Shown: piece by piece, positions 7,996-18,152 of the stretch
How the letters are laid out: each line of letters opens with the position of its first letter
Numbering within the stretch: the first letter of the stretch is position 1
NCBI GenBank assembly: GCA_009377755.1
Contig: WHTM01000015.1
Coordinates: 22,520 to 86,519, forward strand
Direction of reading: 5' to 3'
DNA: 64,000 nt
Source of the DNA: Hyphomicrobiales bacterium
GTDB taxonomy: Bacteria; Pseudomonadota; Alphaproteobacteria; Rhizobiales; Xanthobacteraceae
Program-made: the position numbers and the translations under genes
The notes under the pieces: model-generated
Databases searched by the model: none
Seen by the model: only the letters and a program-made list of their open reading frames with translations
Told to the model about the DNA's origin: nothing

Positions 7996-9643
7996 CGTGG
8001 GCTGCAATCCTGGCATCCTCCAGCACCATGTCGGCGCCCTTCTCGGCAATCATGATGGTCGCCGCGTTCGTGTTGCCGGAGACCACCGCCGGCATGATCG
8101 ACGCATCGATCACGCGCAGGCGCTCGAAGCCGCGTACCTTGAGCTGCTCGTCCACCACCGCCTTGCCGTCCTGCCCCATGCGGCAGGTGCTGACCGGATG
8201 ATAGACGGTGGAGCCGCGGCGGCGGATGAAATCGAGCAGATCGTTGTCGCTGTCGCATTGCGGGCCCGGCTCGAACTCCTCGGCGATGTAGCGCGCCAGC
8301 GCCGGCGCCTTCGCGATGCGGCGCAGCGCCTTGACCCCGGCGACGAGCGTGTCGCGGTCCTTGAGCGTGGCGAGATAGTTCGGGTGGATCGCGGGCGCCT
8401 GCCGCGGATCGGCGGACTTGATGCGCACGTGGCCGCGACTCTCCGGCCGCAGCAGGCAGCACGTGATCATGAAGCCGGAAAACGGGTCCAGCGTGCCGCC
8501 CATATTGTGCGCAGAGTAGAGGGCGATGGAGCACTGCACGTCCGGCGTATCCGCCGACGGCAGGGCGCGCATGAAGCAGCCGGCCGAGATCGCCGGCATC
8601 GCGAAATAGCCGCGGCGGAACAGCGTGTATTGGATGACGGCGGTGGAGCCCCGGCGCCAGTTGCGCACCGCATCGTTGAGCGTGATCGGCTCCTTGCACC
8701 GCAGGATGATGCGGGCGAAGTAATGATCGTTCAGCGCGTCGCCGACACCGGGCAGGTCGGCGATCACCGGGATGTTGAGCGAGCGTAGCAGTTCCGCAGG
8801 TCCCAGCCCGGAAAGTTGCAGGAGCTGCGGCGAGTTGAACGCGCCACCCGCGACGATGACCTCTGCATTGGCGTGCGCGATGCGCTTTTCCTCGCCCACC
8901 AGATATTCGACGCCGGAGGCGCGCCGACCTTCGAACAGGACGCGCGTCGCAAGCGCCTCCGACACCACCGCGAGATTGCCGCGCCGGCGCGCGGGCCTGA
9001 GATACGCCGCCGCGGTCGAGGCCCGCACGCCGTTGCGCATGGTGTTCTGATAGAAGCCTGCGCCCTCCTGCGCTGCCCCGTTGAAATCGTCGTTGCGCGG
9101 ATAGCCGCACTGCTGAGCCGCCTCGATGAAGGCCGCGGCGAGCGGATGCTTGTCGCGCACGTCCGACACGCCGAGCGGACCGCCCGCGCCGTGATGGTCG
9201 TTCGCGCCGCGCTCATTGTTCTCCGCCTTGCGGAAGTAGGGCAGCACGTCGCCGTGGCTCCAGCCGGCGTTGCCGAGCTGGCGCCAGTGATTGAAATCCT
9301 CGGCCTGGCCGCGGATGTAGATCAGCCCGTTGATCGAACTCGACCCGCCCAGCGTCTTGCCGCGCGGCGCGATCACCTTGCGGCCGTCGCACTCCGCCTG
9401 CGGTTCGGTCGTGTAGCACCAGTTATAGCGCTGGTTGGTGAACAGCTTGCCGTAGCCGAGCGGGATGTGCAGCCAGAAGTGCCGGTTAGGTGGCCCGGCC
9501 TCGAGCAGCAGCACGCGATGTTTTCCGGACTCGGTCAGCCGGTTCGCCAGCACGCAGCCCGCGCTGCCCGCGCCGACGATGATGAAGTCGAACGATTGGG
9601 AACTTGGCACGTCGTCCTCCCGCAGGGTCACACGATCAACCAT
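7985..9643 (-). CDS. GMC family FAD-dependent oxidoreductase (choline dehydrogenase-like)
   Basis: FDFIIVGAGSAGCVLANRLTE..LLLEAG ADP-binding fold, and GMC signatures along the full length. The start is uncertain: ATG 9643, or GTG 9631 in a GTGA overlap with the ubiB stop. Confidence 0.8.
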   Translation of the reverse strand: MVDRVTLREDDVPSSQSFDFIIVGAGSAGCVLANRLTESGKHRVLLLEAGPPNRHFWLHIPLGYGKLFTNQRYNWCYTTEPQAECDGRKVIAPRGKTLGGSSSINGLIYIRGQAEDFNHWRQLGNAGWSHGDVLPYFRKAENNERGANDHHGAGGPLGVSDVRDKHPLAAAFIEAAQQCGYPRNDDFNGAAQEGAGFYQNTMRNGVRASTAAAYLRPARRRGNLAVVSEALATRVLFEGRRASGVEYLVGEEKRIAHANAEVIVAGGAFNSPQLLQLSGLGPAELLRSLNIPVIADLPGVGDALNDHYFARIILRCKEPITLNDAVRNWRRGSTAVIQYTLFRRGYFAMPAISAGCFMRALPSADTPDVQCSIALYSAHNMGGTLDPFSGFMITCCLLRPESRGHVRIKSADPRQAPAIHPNYLATLKDRDTLVAGVKALRRIAKAPALARYIAEEFEPGPQCDSDNDLLDFIRRRGSTVYHPVSTCRMGQDGKAVVDEQLKVRGFERLRVIDASIMPAVVSGNTNAATIMIAEKGADMVLEDARIAAHGLH

Positions 9644-11199
9644 ATCAGCCCCGCCAGCAGCAGCGCCATCAGCCAAACCCCGACCGTCAGCCAACGGCTC
9701 CGGCGGGCTTCGGCGTTGCCGATCGCAGCCACCGTTTCCGGCGCCAGCACCAGGCCGGCGCGGGTGATCTCATCGAGTTGATCGGCAAGGCCCGCAGCGC
9801 GGTTGAGCAGCGCCGGCACGCCGCCGAGGAAGCGCCCGAGTTCCATGGCACCTCCGGCAGCGTCCTCGATCCGGCCCGCCGGGCCGAGGTGCCGCTCGAT
9901 CCATTCGCGCACCACCGGTTCCGCCGTCTGCCACATGTCGAGCTTCGGATCGAGCGAGCGCGCCACGCCCTCGACGACGACCATGGTCTTCTGCAGCAGC
10001 AGCAACTCCGGCCGGGTGCGCATGTCGAACAGGCCGGTCACCTCGAACAGCAGCGTCAGCAGCCGCGCCATCGAAATGTCCTCGGCGGTGCGGTTGTGGA
10101 TCGGCTCGCCGATGGCACGGATCGCCTGCGCGAAGCTCTCCACCGAATGGTGGCGCGGTACATAGCCCGCCTCGAAATGCACCTCCGCAGTGCGGTGGTA
10201 GTCGCGAGTGATGAAGCCGTAGAGAATTTCTGCGAGGAAGCGCCGCTCCTTCGGCCCGAGGCGCCCCATGATGCCGAAGTCGACGGCGACCAGACGGCCT
10301 TCGTCGTCCACGAACAGATTGCCGGGATGCATGTCGGCATGGAAGAAGCCGTCGCGCAGCGCATGACGCAGGAAAGTCTGAATCACGGTGCGCCCGAGCC
10401 GCGGCAGGTCGAGCCCCTTAGCCTCGAGCCGTGCGCGGTCGGACAACGGCATCGCGTCGATCCATTCGAGCGTCAGCACCTCGCGCGCGGTGCGGTCCCA
10501 GTCCACTGCCGGAACCCGGAAGCCGGGATCGTCCTGAGTGTTCTCCGCCATCTCGGAGAGCGCGGCGGCTTCCAGCCGCATATCCATTTCCAGCCGCACA
10601 GAGCGCGCCAGGGTTTCAACCACCTCGATCAGGCGCAACCGGCGCGCCTCCGGCGAGATGTGCTCGGCGCGCCGGACGGCAAAGCGCAGTGACGCGAGGT
10701 CCGCTTGGAATCGCCGCTCGATGTCCGGCCGCAGCACCTTCACGGCGACCGGCTGGCGCCCCTCACCGGTCTCGACCTCGGCCCGATGCACCTGAGCGAT
10801 CGAGGCCGCCGCCACCGCCGGGCCGAACGAGGCGAACACCTCCTGCAGCGGCCGGGCGAGCGCGCGCACCACCGCGGCCTCGGCTTCGGCTTGCGGAAAC
10901 GGCGCCATCTTGTCCTGCAGGCTTTCAAGATCGCGGGCGATGGCGAAGCCAACCACGTCGGGACGCGTCGCCAGGAACTGCCCGAGCTTCACGTAGGTGG
11001 GCCCGAGCCGCGTCAGCGCCGCCGCCAGCCGGCCGGCGCTGCCGGCGCCGGTCGGCCGCTCGATCAGCCGCGCCGCCTTGAGCGCGAGGCGCGCCGGGGG
11101 CGGCAACGGCCGCGGATCGGCCAGCGCGAACACGCCCTCGCGGGCGAGCACGAAGCCCGCATGCGCCAGGCGCGTCAAGTGGGTCAGGGCGGCGATCAC
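9628..11199 (-). CDS. ubiB: ubiquinone biosynthesis protein kinase-like UbiB (ABC1 family)
   Basis: 523 aa with an ABC1/UbiB kinase-like core ([20 protein letters not shown]) and C-terminal TM helices. Its start overlaps the upstream ubiE stop by 4 nt (11196-11199), so it lies immediately downstream of ubiE. Confidence 0.85.
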   Translation of the reverse strand: MIAALTHLTRLAHAGFVLAREGVFALADPRPLPPPARLALKAARLIERPTGAGSAGRLAAALTRLGPTYVKLGQFLATRPDVVGFAIARDLESLQDKMAPFPQAEAEAAVVRALARPLQEVFASFGPAVAAASIAQVHRAEVETGEGRQPVAVKVLRPDIERRFQADLASLRFAVRRAEHISPEARRLRLIEVVETLARSVRLEMDMRLEAAALSEMAENTQDDPGFRVPAVDWDRTAREVLTLEWIDAMPLSDRARLEAKGLDLPRLGRTVIQTFLRHALRDGFFHADMHPGNLFVDDEGRLVAVDFGIMGRLGPKERRFLAEILYGFITRDYHRTAEVHFEAGYVPRHHSVESFAQAIRAIGEPIHNRTAEDISMARLLTLLFEVTGLFDMRTRPELLLLQKTMVVVEGVARSLDPKLDMWQTAEPVVREWIERHLGPAGRIEDAAGGAMELGRFLGGVPALLNRAAGLADQLDEITRAGLVLAPETVAAIGNAEARRSRWLTVGVWLMALLLAGLIWLIV

Positions 11200-11978
11200 A
11201 AACGCCAGCCGGAATGCAGCGCTACGATGCCGCCGGTGATCGGGCGGCAGGTGACGCGGCGGAAGCCCGCCACCGCGATCATCTCCGCGAATTCCTGCGG
11301 CTTCGGGAAACGGCGGATCGATTCGACAAGGTAGCGGTAGGCCTCTCCGTCATCGGTGACGATACGGCCCAGCACGGGGATAAGATTGAACGAATAGAGA
11401 TTGTACAGCGTGTCGAGGCCCGGCACGTCGACGCTGGAGAACTCCAGGCACAGGAAGCGCCCCCCGATGCGCAGCACGCGGTGCGCCTCGGCAAGTGCCT
11501 GCGCGATGCGCGGCACGTTGCGGATGCCGAAGGCGATGGTCACGGCGTCGAAGCTGCGGTCGGCGAACGGAAGCGCCTCGGCATTGCCTTCGGCGAACTG
11601 CACGACGTCGCCCAAGCCGCGCGCGCGGGCGCGCTCGCGGCCAACGTCGAGCATCGCCCCATTGATGTCGGCCACGACGGCGCGGGTACCCTCGCCGCCA
11701 GCCTCAATCACCCGCATGGCGACGTCGCCGGTGCCGCCCGCCACGTCGAGCAGCGTGAAGGGACGGCCGGTTTTTTCCTTAAGACGGCCGGGACGACCTT
11801 TTGTCGGCGGATTGACCGCGGTCACCAGCACGTCTTTCCAGGCGCGGTGCAGCCCGCCCGACATCAGATCGTTCATCAGGTCGTAGCGGCGCGCGACGCT
11901 GGCGAAGACGTCGTCGACCAGCGTCTGCTTCTCGGTCAGCGGCACCTCGCGGAAGCCGAAATTGGTGTTCTCTGGCAT
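11196..11978 (-). CDS. ubiE: demethylmenaquinone / 2-methoxy-6-polyprenyl-1,4-benzoquinol methyltransferase UbiE
   Basis: Contains [25 protein letters not shown] and the SAM motif LDVAGGTGD. Confidence 0.9.
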   Translation of the reverse strand: MPENTNFGFREVPLTEKQTLVDDVFASVARRYDLMNDLMSGGLHRAWKDVLVTAVNPPTKGRPGRLKEKTGRPFTLLDVAGGTGDVAMRVIEAGGEGTRAVVADINGAMLDVGRERARARGLGDVVQFAEGNAEALPFADRSFDAVTIAFGIRNVPRIAQALAEAHRVLRIGGRFLCLEFSSVDVPGLDTLYNLYSFNLIPVLGRIVTDDGEAYRYLVESIRRFPKPQEFAEMIAVAGFRRVTCRPITGGIVALHSGWRL

Positions 11979-12030
11979 CGGTCACCTGTTGCGCCGGGAC
12001 CATAGCGCGCCGACAAAGGGGGCGCTATGT

Positions 12031-12208
12031 GTCCCGGACGCGCCGCAGCGTGAAACGCTGCTGCGCAGAGCCGGGACCGTTCCAGACCGTGACGGTCCCG
12101 GTTCTGCGGTGCAACACATCGCAAGTCGGATGTTTCCGACTTGCGACATCAGTTGGATGCCGGAAGTCGGGTATACCGACTTCCGGTGCGTTGCACCGCG
12201 CCCGGGAC
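12031..12208. repeat. composite array of perfect hairpins (REP/BIME-like) in the ubiE / mutM divergent region
   Basis: Outer arms are GTCCCGG..CCGGGAC. Inner stems are CCGGGACCGT/ACGGTCCCGG (12071/12092), TCGCAAGTCGGA/TCCGACTTGCGA (12119/12135), CCGGAAGTCGG/CCGACTTCCGG (12160/12176) and GGTGCAAC/GTTGCACC. Confidence 0.7.
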
Positions 12209-12223
12209 AAGTGAGTCTGCGCG

Positions 12224-13105
12224 ATGCCCGAGTTACCCGAAGTCGAAACGGTCCGCCGCGGGCTGGCGTCGGTGATGGAAGGCGAGCGGCTCGCCAAGGT
12301 CGAGTTGCATCGCGCCGATCTGCGTTGGCCGTTCCCGGAGGATTTCGCCAGGCGCCTGACCGGCCAGACCGTCGCCGGGCTGGGACGGCGCGCGAAATAC
12401 CTGTTGGTCGACCTTTTGTCCGGTGATGTCCTGGTGATGCACCTCGGGATGTCCGGATCGTTCCGCGTGTTCCGCGATGCGTACGAAGAAGCACCTGGGC
12501 GTTACCATCATGAGCGCTCCAAACACGCCGCCCACGACCACGTGGTGTTCCATCTCTCGAACGGTGCAATCATTGCCTTCAACGATCCGCGCCGCTTCGG
12601 CTTCATGAAGCTGGTGGCGCGCAGCGAGCTGGAGGACCAGCCGTTCATCAAGGCACTCGGGCCGGAGCCGCTCGGCAACGCCTTCGACGCGGCCGCGCTG
12701 GCGTCCGCCTGCGCCGGCAAGAAGACCAGCCTGAAGGCGGCGCTGAGCGATCAGCGCGTGGTTGCCGGGCTTGGCAATATCTACGTCTGCGAGTCGCTCA
12801 ACCGGGCCCGGTTGTCGCCCAAGCGGAAGGCCTCGACCATCGCCGCCCGATCCGGTGCGCCGAACGAGCGCGCCGTCGCTCTGGTCGACGCCATCGGGGC
12901 CGTGCTGCAGGACGCCATCGAGGTCGGCGGCTCGTCGCTGCGCGACCACCGCCGCACCGATGGCGAGCTTGGCCTGTTCCAGCACAGCTTCCGTGTCTAT
13001 GACCGCGAAGGCGAGCCTTGCCCGACACCCGGCTGCACCGGGACGGTCCGGCGCATCGTGCAGAGTGCGCGCTCGACCTTCTATTGTCCGGTGTGTCAGA
13101 AATAG
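12224..13105 (+). CDS. mutM: formamidopyrimidine-DNA glycosylase
   Basis: N-terminal [14 protein letters not shown] with catalytic Pro2/Glu3. C-terminal zinc finger CPTPGC..YCPVC. Confidence 0.92.
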   Translation: MPELPEVETVRRGLASVMEGERLAKVELHRADLRWPFPEDFARRLTGQTVAGLGRRAKYLLVDLLSGDVLVMHLGMSGSFRVFRDAYEEAPGRYHHERSKHAAHDHVVFHLSNGAIIAFNDPRRFGFMKLVARSELEDQPFIKALGPEPLGNAFDAAALASACAGKKTSLKAALSDQRVVAGLGNIYVCESLNRARLSPKRKASTIAARSGAPNERAVALVDAIGAVLQDAIEVGGSSLRDHRRTDGELGLFQHSFRVYDREGEPCPTPGCTGTVRRIVQSARSTFYCPVCQK

Positions 13106-13129
13106 CGGGAGCACGATCGAAGGAACGCC

Positions 13130-13903
13130 ATGACTCCTGAGACCATCATCGTCGAGACCCGCGGCCGCGTCGGCCTCATCAGGCTCAACCGTCCGCAGGC
13201 GCTCAACGCGCTCAATACCAAGCTGATGACGGAGCTCAGCACCGCCGTCGATGCGTTCGAAGCGGACGCCGGCATCGGCTGCATCCTGATCACCGGATCG
13301 GAGAAGGCCTTCGCGGCCGGGGCCGACATCAAGGAGATGGCCGACAAGTCGTTCCTCGATGCCTTCTACGGCGACTTCACCGCCGATTGGCATCGCGTCG
13401 CGCATGCGCGTAAGCCGACCATCGCCGCGGTCGCCGGCTATGCGCTCGGCGGCGGCTGTGAGCTGGCAATGCTGTGCGACATCATCATCGCCGCCGACAA
13501 CGCGAAGTTCGGCCAGCCAGAGATCAAGCTCGGCGTCATCCCGGGCATCGGCGGTACGCAGCGGCTCACCCACGCCGTCGGCAAGGCGAAGGCCATGGAC
13601 CTGATCCTCACCGGCCGGATGATGGATGCCGTCGAGGCCGAGCGCTCGGGCCTCGTGGCGCGCGTCGTGCCGCTCGCCACGCTGATGGACGAAGCGATGA
13701 AGGTTGCCGAGACGATCGCCGGTATGTCGCTGCCGGCGGTGATGATCGCGAAGGAAGCCGTCAACCGCGCGTTCGAGATCTCGCTCGCCGAGGGTGTCGC
13801 CTTCGAGCGGCGGGTGTTCCATTCCCTTTTCGCCACACAGGACCAGAAGGAAGGCATGGCCGCATTCTTGGAAAAGCGCCCCCCAAGGTTCACACACAAA
13901 TAA
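13130..13903 (+). CDS. enoyl-CoA hydratase (crotonase family)
   Basis: Contains [17 protein letters not shown] and [15 protein letters not shown]; 257 aa. Confidence 0.85.
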   Translation: MTPETIIVETRGRVGLIRLNRPQALNALNTKLMTELSTAVDAFEADAGIGCILITGSEKAFAAGADIKEMADKSFLDAFYGDFTADWHRVAHARKPTIAAVAGYALGGGCELAMLCDIIIAADNAKFGQPEIKLGVIPGIGGTQRLTHAVGKAKAMDLILTGRMMDAVEAERSGLVARVVPLATLMDEAMKVAETIAGMSLPAVMIAKEAVNRAFEISLAEGVAFERRVFHSLFATQDQKEGMAAFLEKRPPRFTHK

Positions 13904-13980
13904 AATCAACCGTTTGGGAGAACCGAACGGCATGCGTGGGAATTGAATGGGTGTGTCGGATTTCTACCCTGGAGGCCGTC

Positions 13981-14382
13981 ATGGAGACAGTCTCTGCCCA
14001 GACCGGAGCCGGGTCTGCACACCCCCTCATGGCTCACACGTTGATTGCCAGCGATCGCGTCGAGGGAACGTCTGTCTGCCAGCCGGACACCGGGTCGAGC
14101 ATCGGCACGATCCAGCGCCTGATGATCGACAAGCTGACCGGCAAGGTAGCTTACGCCGTCATGACGTTTGGCGGCTTCCTTGGATTCGGCGGGCGGCACT
14201 TCCCTATTCCGTGGGCGGCGCTGCGATATGACCCGCGATGGGAAGCCTATGTGACCGACATCACCGCCGAGCAACTCAAGGAGGCGCCGTCGCACGAGGC
14301 CGACGAATCCTTCGACTGGGGCGACCGGCGCAGCGAAGAAAGACTGCGTCAGGCTTACCGGAACCCTGGATACTGGGCGTAG
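13981..14382 (+). CDS. PRC-barrel domain protein
   Basis: ATG at 13981 is preceded by GGAGG. Contains LIASDRVEGTSV...GTIQRLMIDKLTGKVAYAVMTFGGFLGFGGRHFPIPW, which is PRC-barrel-like. The longer track ORF (13474) runs inside the hydratase gene. Confidence 0.7.
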   Translation: METVSAQTGAGSAHPLMAHTLIASDRVEGTSVCQPDTGSSIGTIQRLMIDKLTGKVAYAVMTFGGFLGFGGRHFPIPWAALRYDPRWEAYVTDITAEQLKEAPSHEADESFDWGDRRSEERLRQAYRNPGYWA

Positions 14383-14395
14383 CCGGCGCCGCGGC

Positions 14396-15763
14396 TCACG
14401 AGCGCACGCAGATCACCCGTACCACCGACGCCCCGATCTCCTTGACGCCGGCGGTGCCGCCCGCCGGCGTCACGTTGCGAGCGCGCAGGAACGTACGAAC
14501 CGCTTCGGCGGGAACCAAGACCGCCCGTGCAGCAGCGGTGCCGGGGCCGGCAACGACCTGCGGCTTGCGCAGCACGACCCCGCGAAATCGGCCGCGCGGG
14601 TCGAACGCCGCCGCGCCGGAAAATCCGAGCGGCGGTGCGGGGTCGAAACTGCGTACGGCGTCATCGGCACTTCCGGACAGCCGCGCCGGCGGCGTCGTGA
14701 TCGCGCCGCCGCCGCCCTGCCTGCTCGGATCGGCGATTCCCACCAGCGTGAGCGCATTGCCACCAGCACCGTCGCCGGCCAGCGCCGCGGGGTGAAGATC
14801 ACGCGCCCCATGGACCCGCAGCAGCGCAAGCCCGGAGGCGGGATCGTCGGCCACGCGTTCCGCCGGCCCAATCCGCGGAATCTGGATCACCCGGCAGCCC
14901 TCGGTGGCCTGCCGGTCGGCGAGGATGTATCCCGCGGCCGAGGCGATGAGCCCCGTCGTGTATTCGACCTTGCCCCGCGCGACGGTTCCGCCGACCTGAA
15001 TGGTGCCCCGACCGCTGAAGGGCGCAAAGGCGTTCGACAGGGCGACTGTGATCGGCCGCATCATCTCGTCCTTCGTCACGTCGTATAGGATCGTGAAGCC
15101 ACGGACCTCCTGGTCCTGCGCGTGCGCGCGGACGTAGAATTTCTTTGCCGCCTGCGAACCCGTTAGCGCGAGGAATTCCGTGCGCTGCACGTCGTAGTCG
15201 ACCTTGCGGTCCGGCACCGCACGCAACTGCGCCGCCACGCTGGCAAGTGTCACAGCCGGCCCGCTGACGCGGAACGTCTCGATCTGTATGTCGCCTGACG
15301 CGGATGCCCAGCGGGCGCCCTCCTTGCCGCGGCTCGACTGCGGGACGAGCTTCGCCGGAAGCCCCATGGTGATGCCGGTGGCGCTGTCGTCGACCATGCG
15401 CCACCCGACCTGCTCCTGCTGCGCCTTGGCCAAGACGGAAAGCTGCGCGCGCTCGCGCGGATTAAGAATGCCGGTCTCGGCGCCTTTCGTGGCCTTCTGG
15501 AACGCCTGCACCGCGGCCAGCGATCGGTTGCCGAAATCACCGTCGATGATGCCGTCGTAGTGTCCGGTCCAGACCAGATCGGATTGGATCGCGGTTCGCT
15601 CGGCCAGCGTCATCGCCGCGTAGGTTTCGCGGGGCGACGGCGGCTTGGCGGCAGGAGCCGGCGTCGCTTGCGCGAGCCGCTGCGCCGCGCGCACTGGAGC
15701 CGGGTCGGCCACGGCCGGCAGCATGCCAAAGCACAGCAAGGCCAAAGAGACCAGAGACCGCAT
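14396..15763 (-). CDS. secreted peptidoglycan-binding domain protein with C-terminal trypsin-like (possibly degenerate) domain
   Basis: Signal peptide MRSLVSLALLCFGMLPAVA. PG_binding_1-like segment IQSDLVWTGHYDGIIDGDFGNRSLAAVQAFQ. The C-terminus has GLALLRV and GFSGAAAF, which resemble the Asp and Ser regions of S1 peptidases. Confidence 0.6.
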   Translation of the reverse strand: MRSLVSLALLCFGMLPAVADPAPVRAAQRLAQATPAPAAKPPSPRETYAAMTLAERTAIQSDLVWTGHYDGIIDGDFGNRSLAAVQAFQKATKGAETGILNPRERAQLSVLAKAQQEQVGWRMVDDSATGITMGLPAKLVPQSSRGKEGARWASASGDIQIETFRVSGPAVTLASVAAQLRAVPDRKVDYDVQRTEFLALTGSQAAKKFYVRAHAQDQEVRGFTILYDVTKDEMMRPITVALSNAFAPFSGRGTIQVGGTVARGKVEYTTGLIASAAGYILADRQATEGCRVIQIPRIGPAERVADDPASGLALLRVHGARDLHPAALAGDGAGGNALTLVGIADPSRQGGGGAITTPPARLSGSADDAVRSFDPAPPLGFSGAAAFDPRGRFRGVVLRKPQVVAGPGTAAARAVLVPAEAVRTFLRARNVTPAGGTAGVKEIGASVVRVICVRS

Positions 15764-15843
15764 TCTCGCCTCGACACCCTTCCGCTTGCCCGCCAATGTA
15801 GCGGCGTTTTTCACGATCGTCATGGGAAGAGAAGCGGCCGCCG

Positions 15844-16680
15844 ATGCTGAGCCCCGAGGAAATCGAGCGGTATGCGCGCCATCTGGTGCTGCGCGAGGTC
15901 GGCGGACCCGGCCAGGCGGCGCTTAAAGAGGCGCGCGTGCTGGTGATCGGCGCCGGCGGGCTCGGGTCACCGCTGCTGCTTTATCTCGCCGCCGCCGGGG
16001 TCGGCACCATCGGGGTGATCGATGACGACCGGGTGTCGCTGTCGAACCTGCAGCGGCAGGTGATTTTCGGCGCGGCCGACATCGGCAAGCCGAAAGTCGC
16101 CGGTGCGGCGGAGACGCTCGCGCGGCTCAATCCGCACGTACGCGTCGAGGCGATCGACGTGCGGCTGCGGGCCGACAACGCGCTCGACCTGATCGCGCGT
16201 TACGACATCGTCGCCGACGGCTCCGACAATTTCGCCACACGCTACCTCGTCTCCGACGCCTGCTACTTCGCCAAGCGTCCGCTGGTGACGGCGGCGGTCG
16301 GCACCTTCGATGCGACGCTCACCACGCTGCGCCCGCACGAGGCCGGTGCCGACGGCGAGCCCAATCCGACCTACCGCTGCCTGTTCCCCGAGCCGCCGCC
16401 GCCTGGAACGATCCCCGCATGCGCGGAGGCCGGCATCCTCGGCGCGTTGCCCGGCATCGTCGGCGCCATGATGGCGATCGAGGTGATCCGCGAGATCGTC
16501 GGTTTCGGCGAAGGCCTGGTGCGGCGGCTGTTGATGATCGACACGCGGTCGATGCGCTTCGAGACGCTCGGCTATCGCTGGGATGCGGCCAATCCACTGA
16601 GCGGCGAGAACCCGACCATCAAGGATTTGTCGATCCACGATCCATCCACAAGTCGTCCCCGCGAAAGCGGGGACCCGTAA
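15844..16680 (+). CDS. moeB: ThiF/MoeB/HesA family adenylyltransferase (MoeB-like)
   Basis: Begins LSPEEIERYARHLVLREVG and contains VLVIGAGGLGSPLLLYLAAAGVG and the RQ motif NLQRQVIF. The last roughly 10 codons lie in a family A repeat. Confidence 0.75.
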   Translation: MLSPEEIERYARHLVLREVGGPGQAALKEARVLVIGAGGLGSPLLLYLAAAGVGTIGVIDDDRVSLSNLQRQVIFGAADIGKPKVAGAAETLARLNPHVRVEAIDVRLRADNALDLIARYDIVADGSDNFATRYLVSDACYFAKRPLVTAAVGTFDATLTTLRPHEAGADGEPNPTYRCLFPEPPPPGTIPACAEAGILGALPGIVGAMMAIEVIREIVGFGEGLVRRLLMIDTRSMRFETLGYRWDAANPLSGENPTIKDLSIHDPSTSRPRESGDP

Positions 16681-16762
16681 CCGCAGGTCTCGCTGAATCG
16701 TGAGGGCGGTGGTTATGGGTCCCGGGTCTCCCTCGCTCCGCTCGGTCGCCCGGGACGACAGC
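16652..16762. repeat. family A palindromic repeat
   Basis: GTCGTCCCCGCGAAAGCGGGGACCCGTAA ... TATGGGTCCCGG..CCCGGGACGAC. It overlaps the 3' end of the MoeB-like gene. Confidence 0.6.
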
Positions 16763-16782
16763 GCTGCGGAGCCCCGACAGCC

Positions 16783-17784
16783 TCACAGCATCGACGGCAG
16801 CACGCGGTTCGGCGGCTTGTGGCCGTCCATGAAGGTCTTGATGTTGATGATGACCTTCTCGCCCATGTCGATGCGGCCTTCGATGGTTGCCGAGCCCATG
16901 TGCGGCAGCAGCACCACCTTGCCGGCGCGCGCGAGCTTCACCAAGCGCGGATTGACCATCGGCTCGTGTTCGAACACGTCGAGCCCGGCGCCGGCGATCG
17001 CGCCTGATTCGATCAGCCGGATCAGCGCGCTCTCATCGATCACCTCGCCGCGCGCGGTGTTGACGATGTAGGCGTCGGGGCGGATCAGCTTCAGCCGCCG
17101 CGCCGACAGCAGATGGAACGTCGCCGGCGTGTGCGGGCAGTTGACCGAAATGATGTCCATACGTGCCAGCATCTGGTCGAGGCTGTCCCAGTAGGTGGCG
17201 GCAAGCGCTTCCTCGATCCGCGCGGCCGCCCGGCGGCGGTTGTGGTAGTGGATTTGCAGCCCGAAGGCGCGCGCCCGGCGGGCAACCGCCTGGCCGATGC
17301 GCCCCATGCCGACGATGCCGAGCCGCTTGTTCCAGATGCGGTGGCCGAGCATCCAGGTCGGCGACCACCCGGGCCATTCCTCGCCGCGCGTCAGCACGCC
17401 GGCGCCTTCCGCCAGCCGGCGAGGTACGGCGAGGATCAGTGCCATGGTCATGTCGGCTGTATCCTCGGTGAGGACGCCCGGCGTGTTGGTGACCGTGATC
17501 CCGCGCTCAATGGCGGCGGCGACGTCGATATTGTCGACGCCGTTGCCGAAATTGGCGATCAGCTTGAGCCGCTCGCCGGCCTGGTCGAGCACGGCCGCGT
17601 CGATCCGGTCGGTAACGGTCGGCACCAGCACGTCGGCGGCCTTCACCGCCTCGGCCAGCGCCGCCTGGCTCATCGGCGTGTCGTCGATGTTGAGCCTGGC
17701 GTCGAACAGTTCGCGCATGCGCGTCTCGACGCGCTCCGGCAGCTTGCGGGTGATGACGACCAGGGGTTTCTTCCGTTGCGGCAT
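16783..17784 (-). CDS. D-isomer-specific 2-hydroxyacid dehydrogenase (glyoxylate/hydroxypyruvate reductase-like)
   Basis: NAD-binding motif GIVGMGRIGQAVARRA and catalytic region LLPHMGSAT. ATG 17784 is preceded by GAGGGG. Confidence 0.85.
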   Translation of the reverse strand: MPQRKKPLVVITRKLPERVETRMRELFDARLNIDDTPMSQAALAEAVKAADVLVPTVTDRIDAAVLDQAGERLKLIANFGNGVDNIDVAAAIERGITVTNTPGVLTEDTADMTMALILAVPRRLAEGAGVLTRGEEWPGWSPTWMLGHRIWNKRLGIVGMGRIGQAVARRARAFGLQIHYHNRRRAAARIEEALAATYWDSLDQMLARMDIISVNCPHTPATFHLLSARRLKLIRPDAYIVNTARGEVIDESALIRLIESGAIAGAGLDVFEHEPMVNPRLVKLARAGKVVLLPHMGSATIEGRIDMGEKVIINIKTFMDGHKPPNRVLPSML

Positions 17785-17869
17785 TTCGCCCCTCACCATC
17801 CGGGTCCGGATGCACATGCCAGCGCAGGGAAATCGCGCGTCCGTTCAGCCGTCCTTAACCGCGCTCGCC

Positions 17870-18100
17870 GACACTAGTGTCGCGATTCGGACGTTCGCTT
17901 GAGTGCTCGGCTTGCTCCGGAGCGAACTTCCGAATCAAAGCGACACTAGAATCAATAACTTGCTAGTGTCCTTCGAATCCGAAGTTCGCTACGGAGGGCG
18001 CCGCAAAATCAAGCGAACTTCGGATTCGGGACACTAGTGCCCCTTTGCTTCCGAAGTTCGTGCCAGGACGTTCTGCAATGTATCACGAACTTCGGAAGCG
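17870..18100. repeat. cluster of family E inverted repeats (GACACTAG / GCGAACTTCGGATTC modules)
   Basis: CGACACTAGTGTCG palindrome at 17870. AGCGAACTTCCGAATC..GACACTAG (17921-17949) is mirrored by CTAGTGTC..GAATCCGAAGTTCGCT (17963-17990). Further copies lie at 18011-18039 and 18085-18100. Confidence 0.7.
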
Positions 18101-18152
18101 GGGCGCTAGCGCGCTTCGTTACGGGAACGGCGCACGAAAATCTCTCTATCAG

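Noticed and set aside
12233-13933. 566-aa minus-strand ORF spanning mutM and the enoyl-CoA hydratase gene
   Set aside because: It is antisense to two clearly recognisable plus-strand genes, with Arg/Gly/Asp/His-rich composition typical of GC-rich shadow frames.
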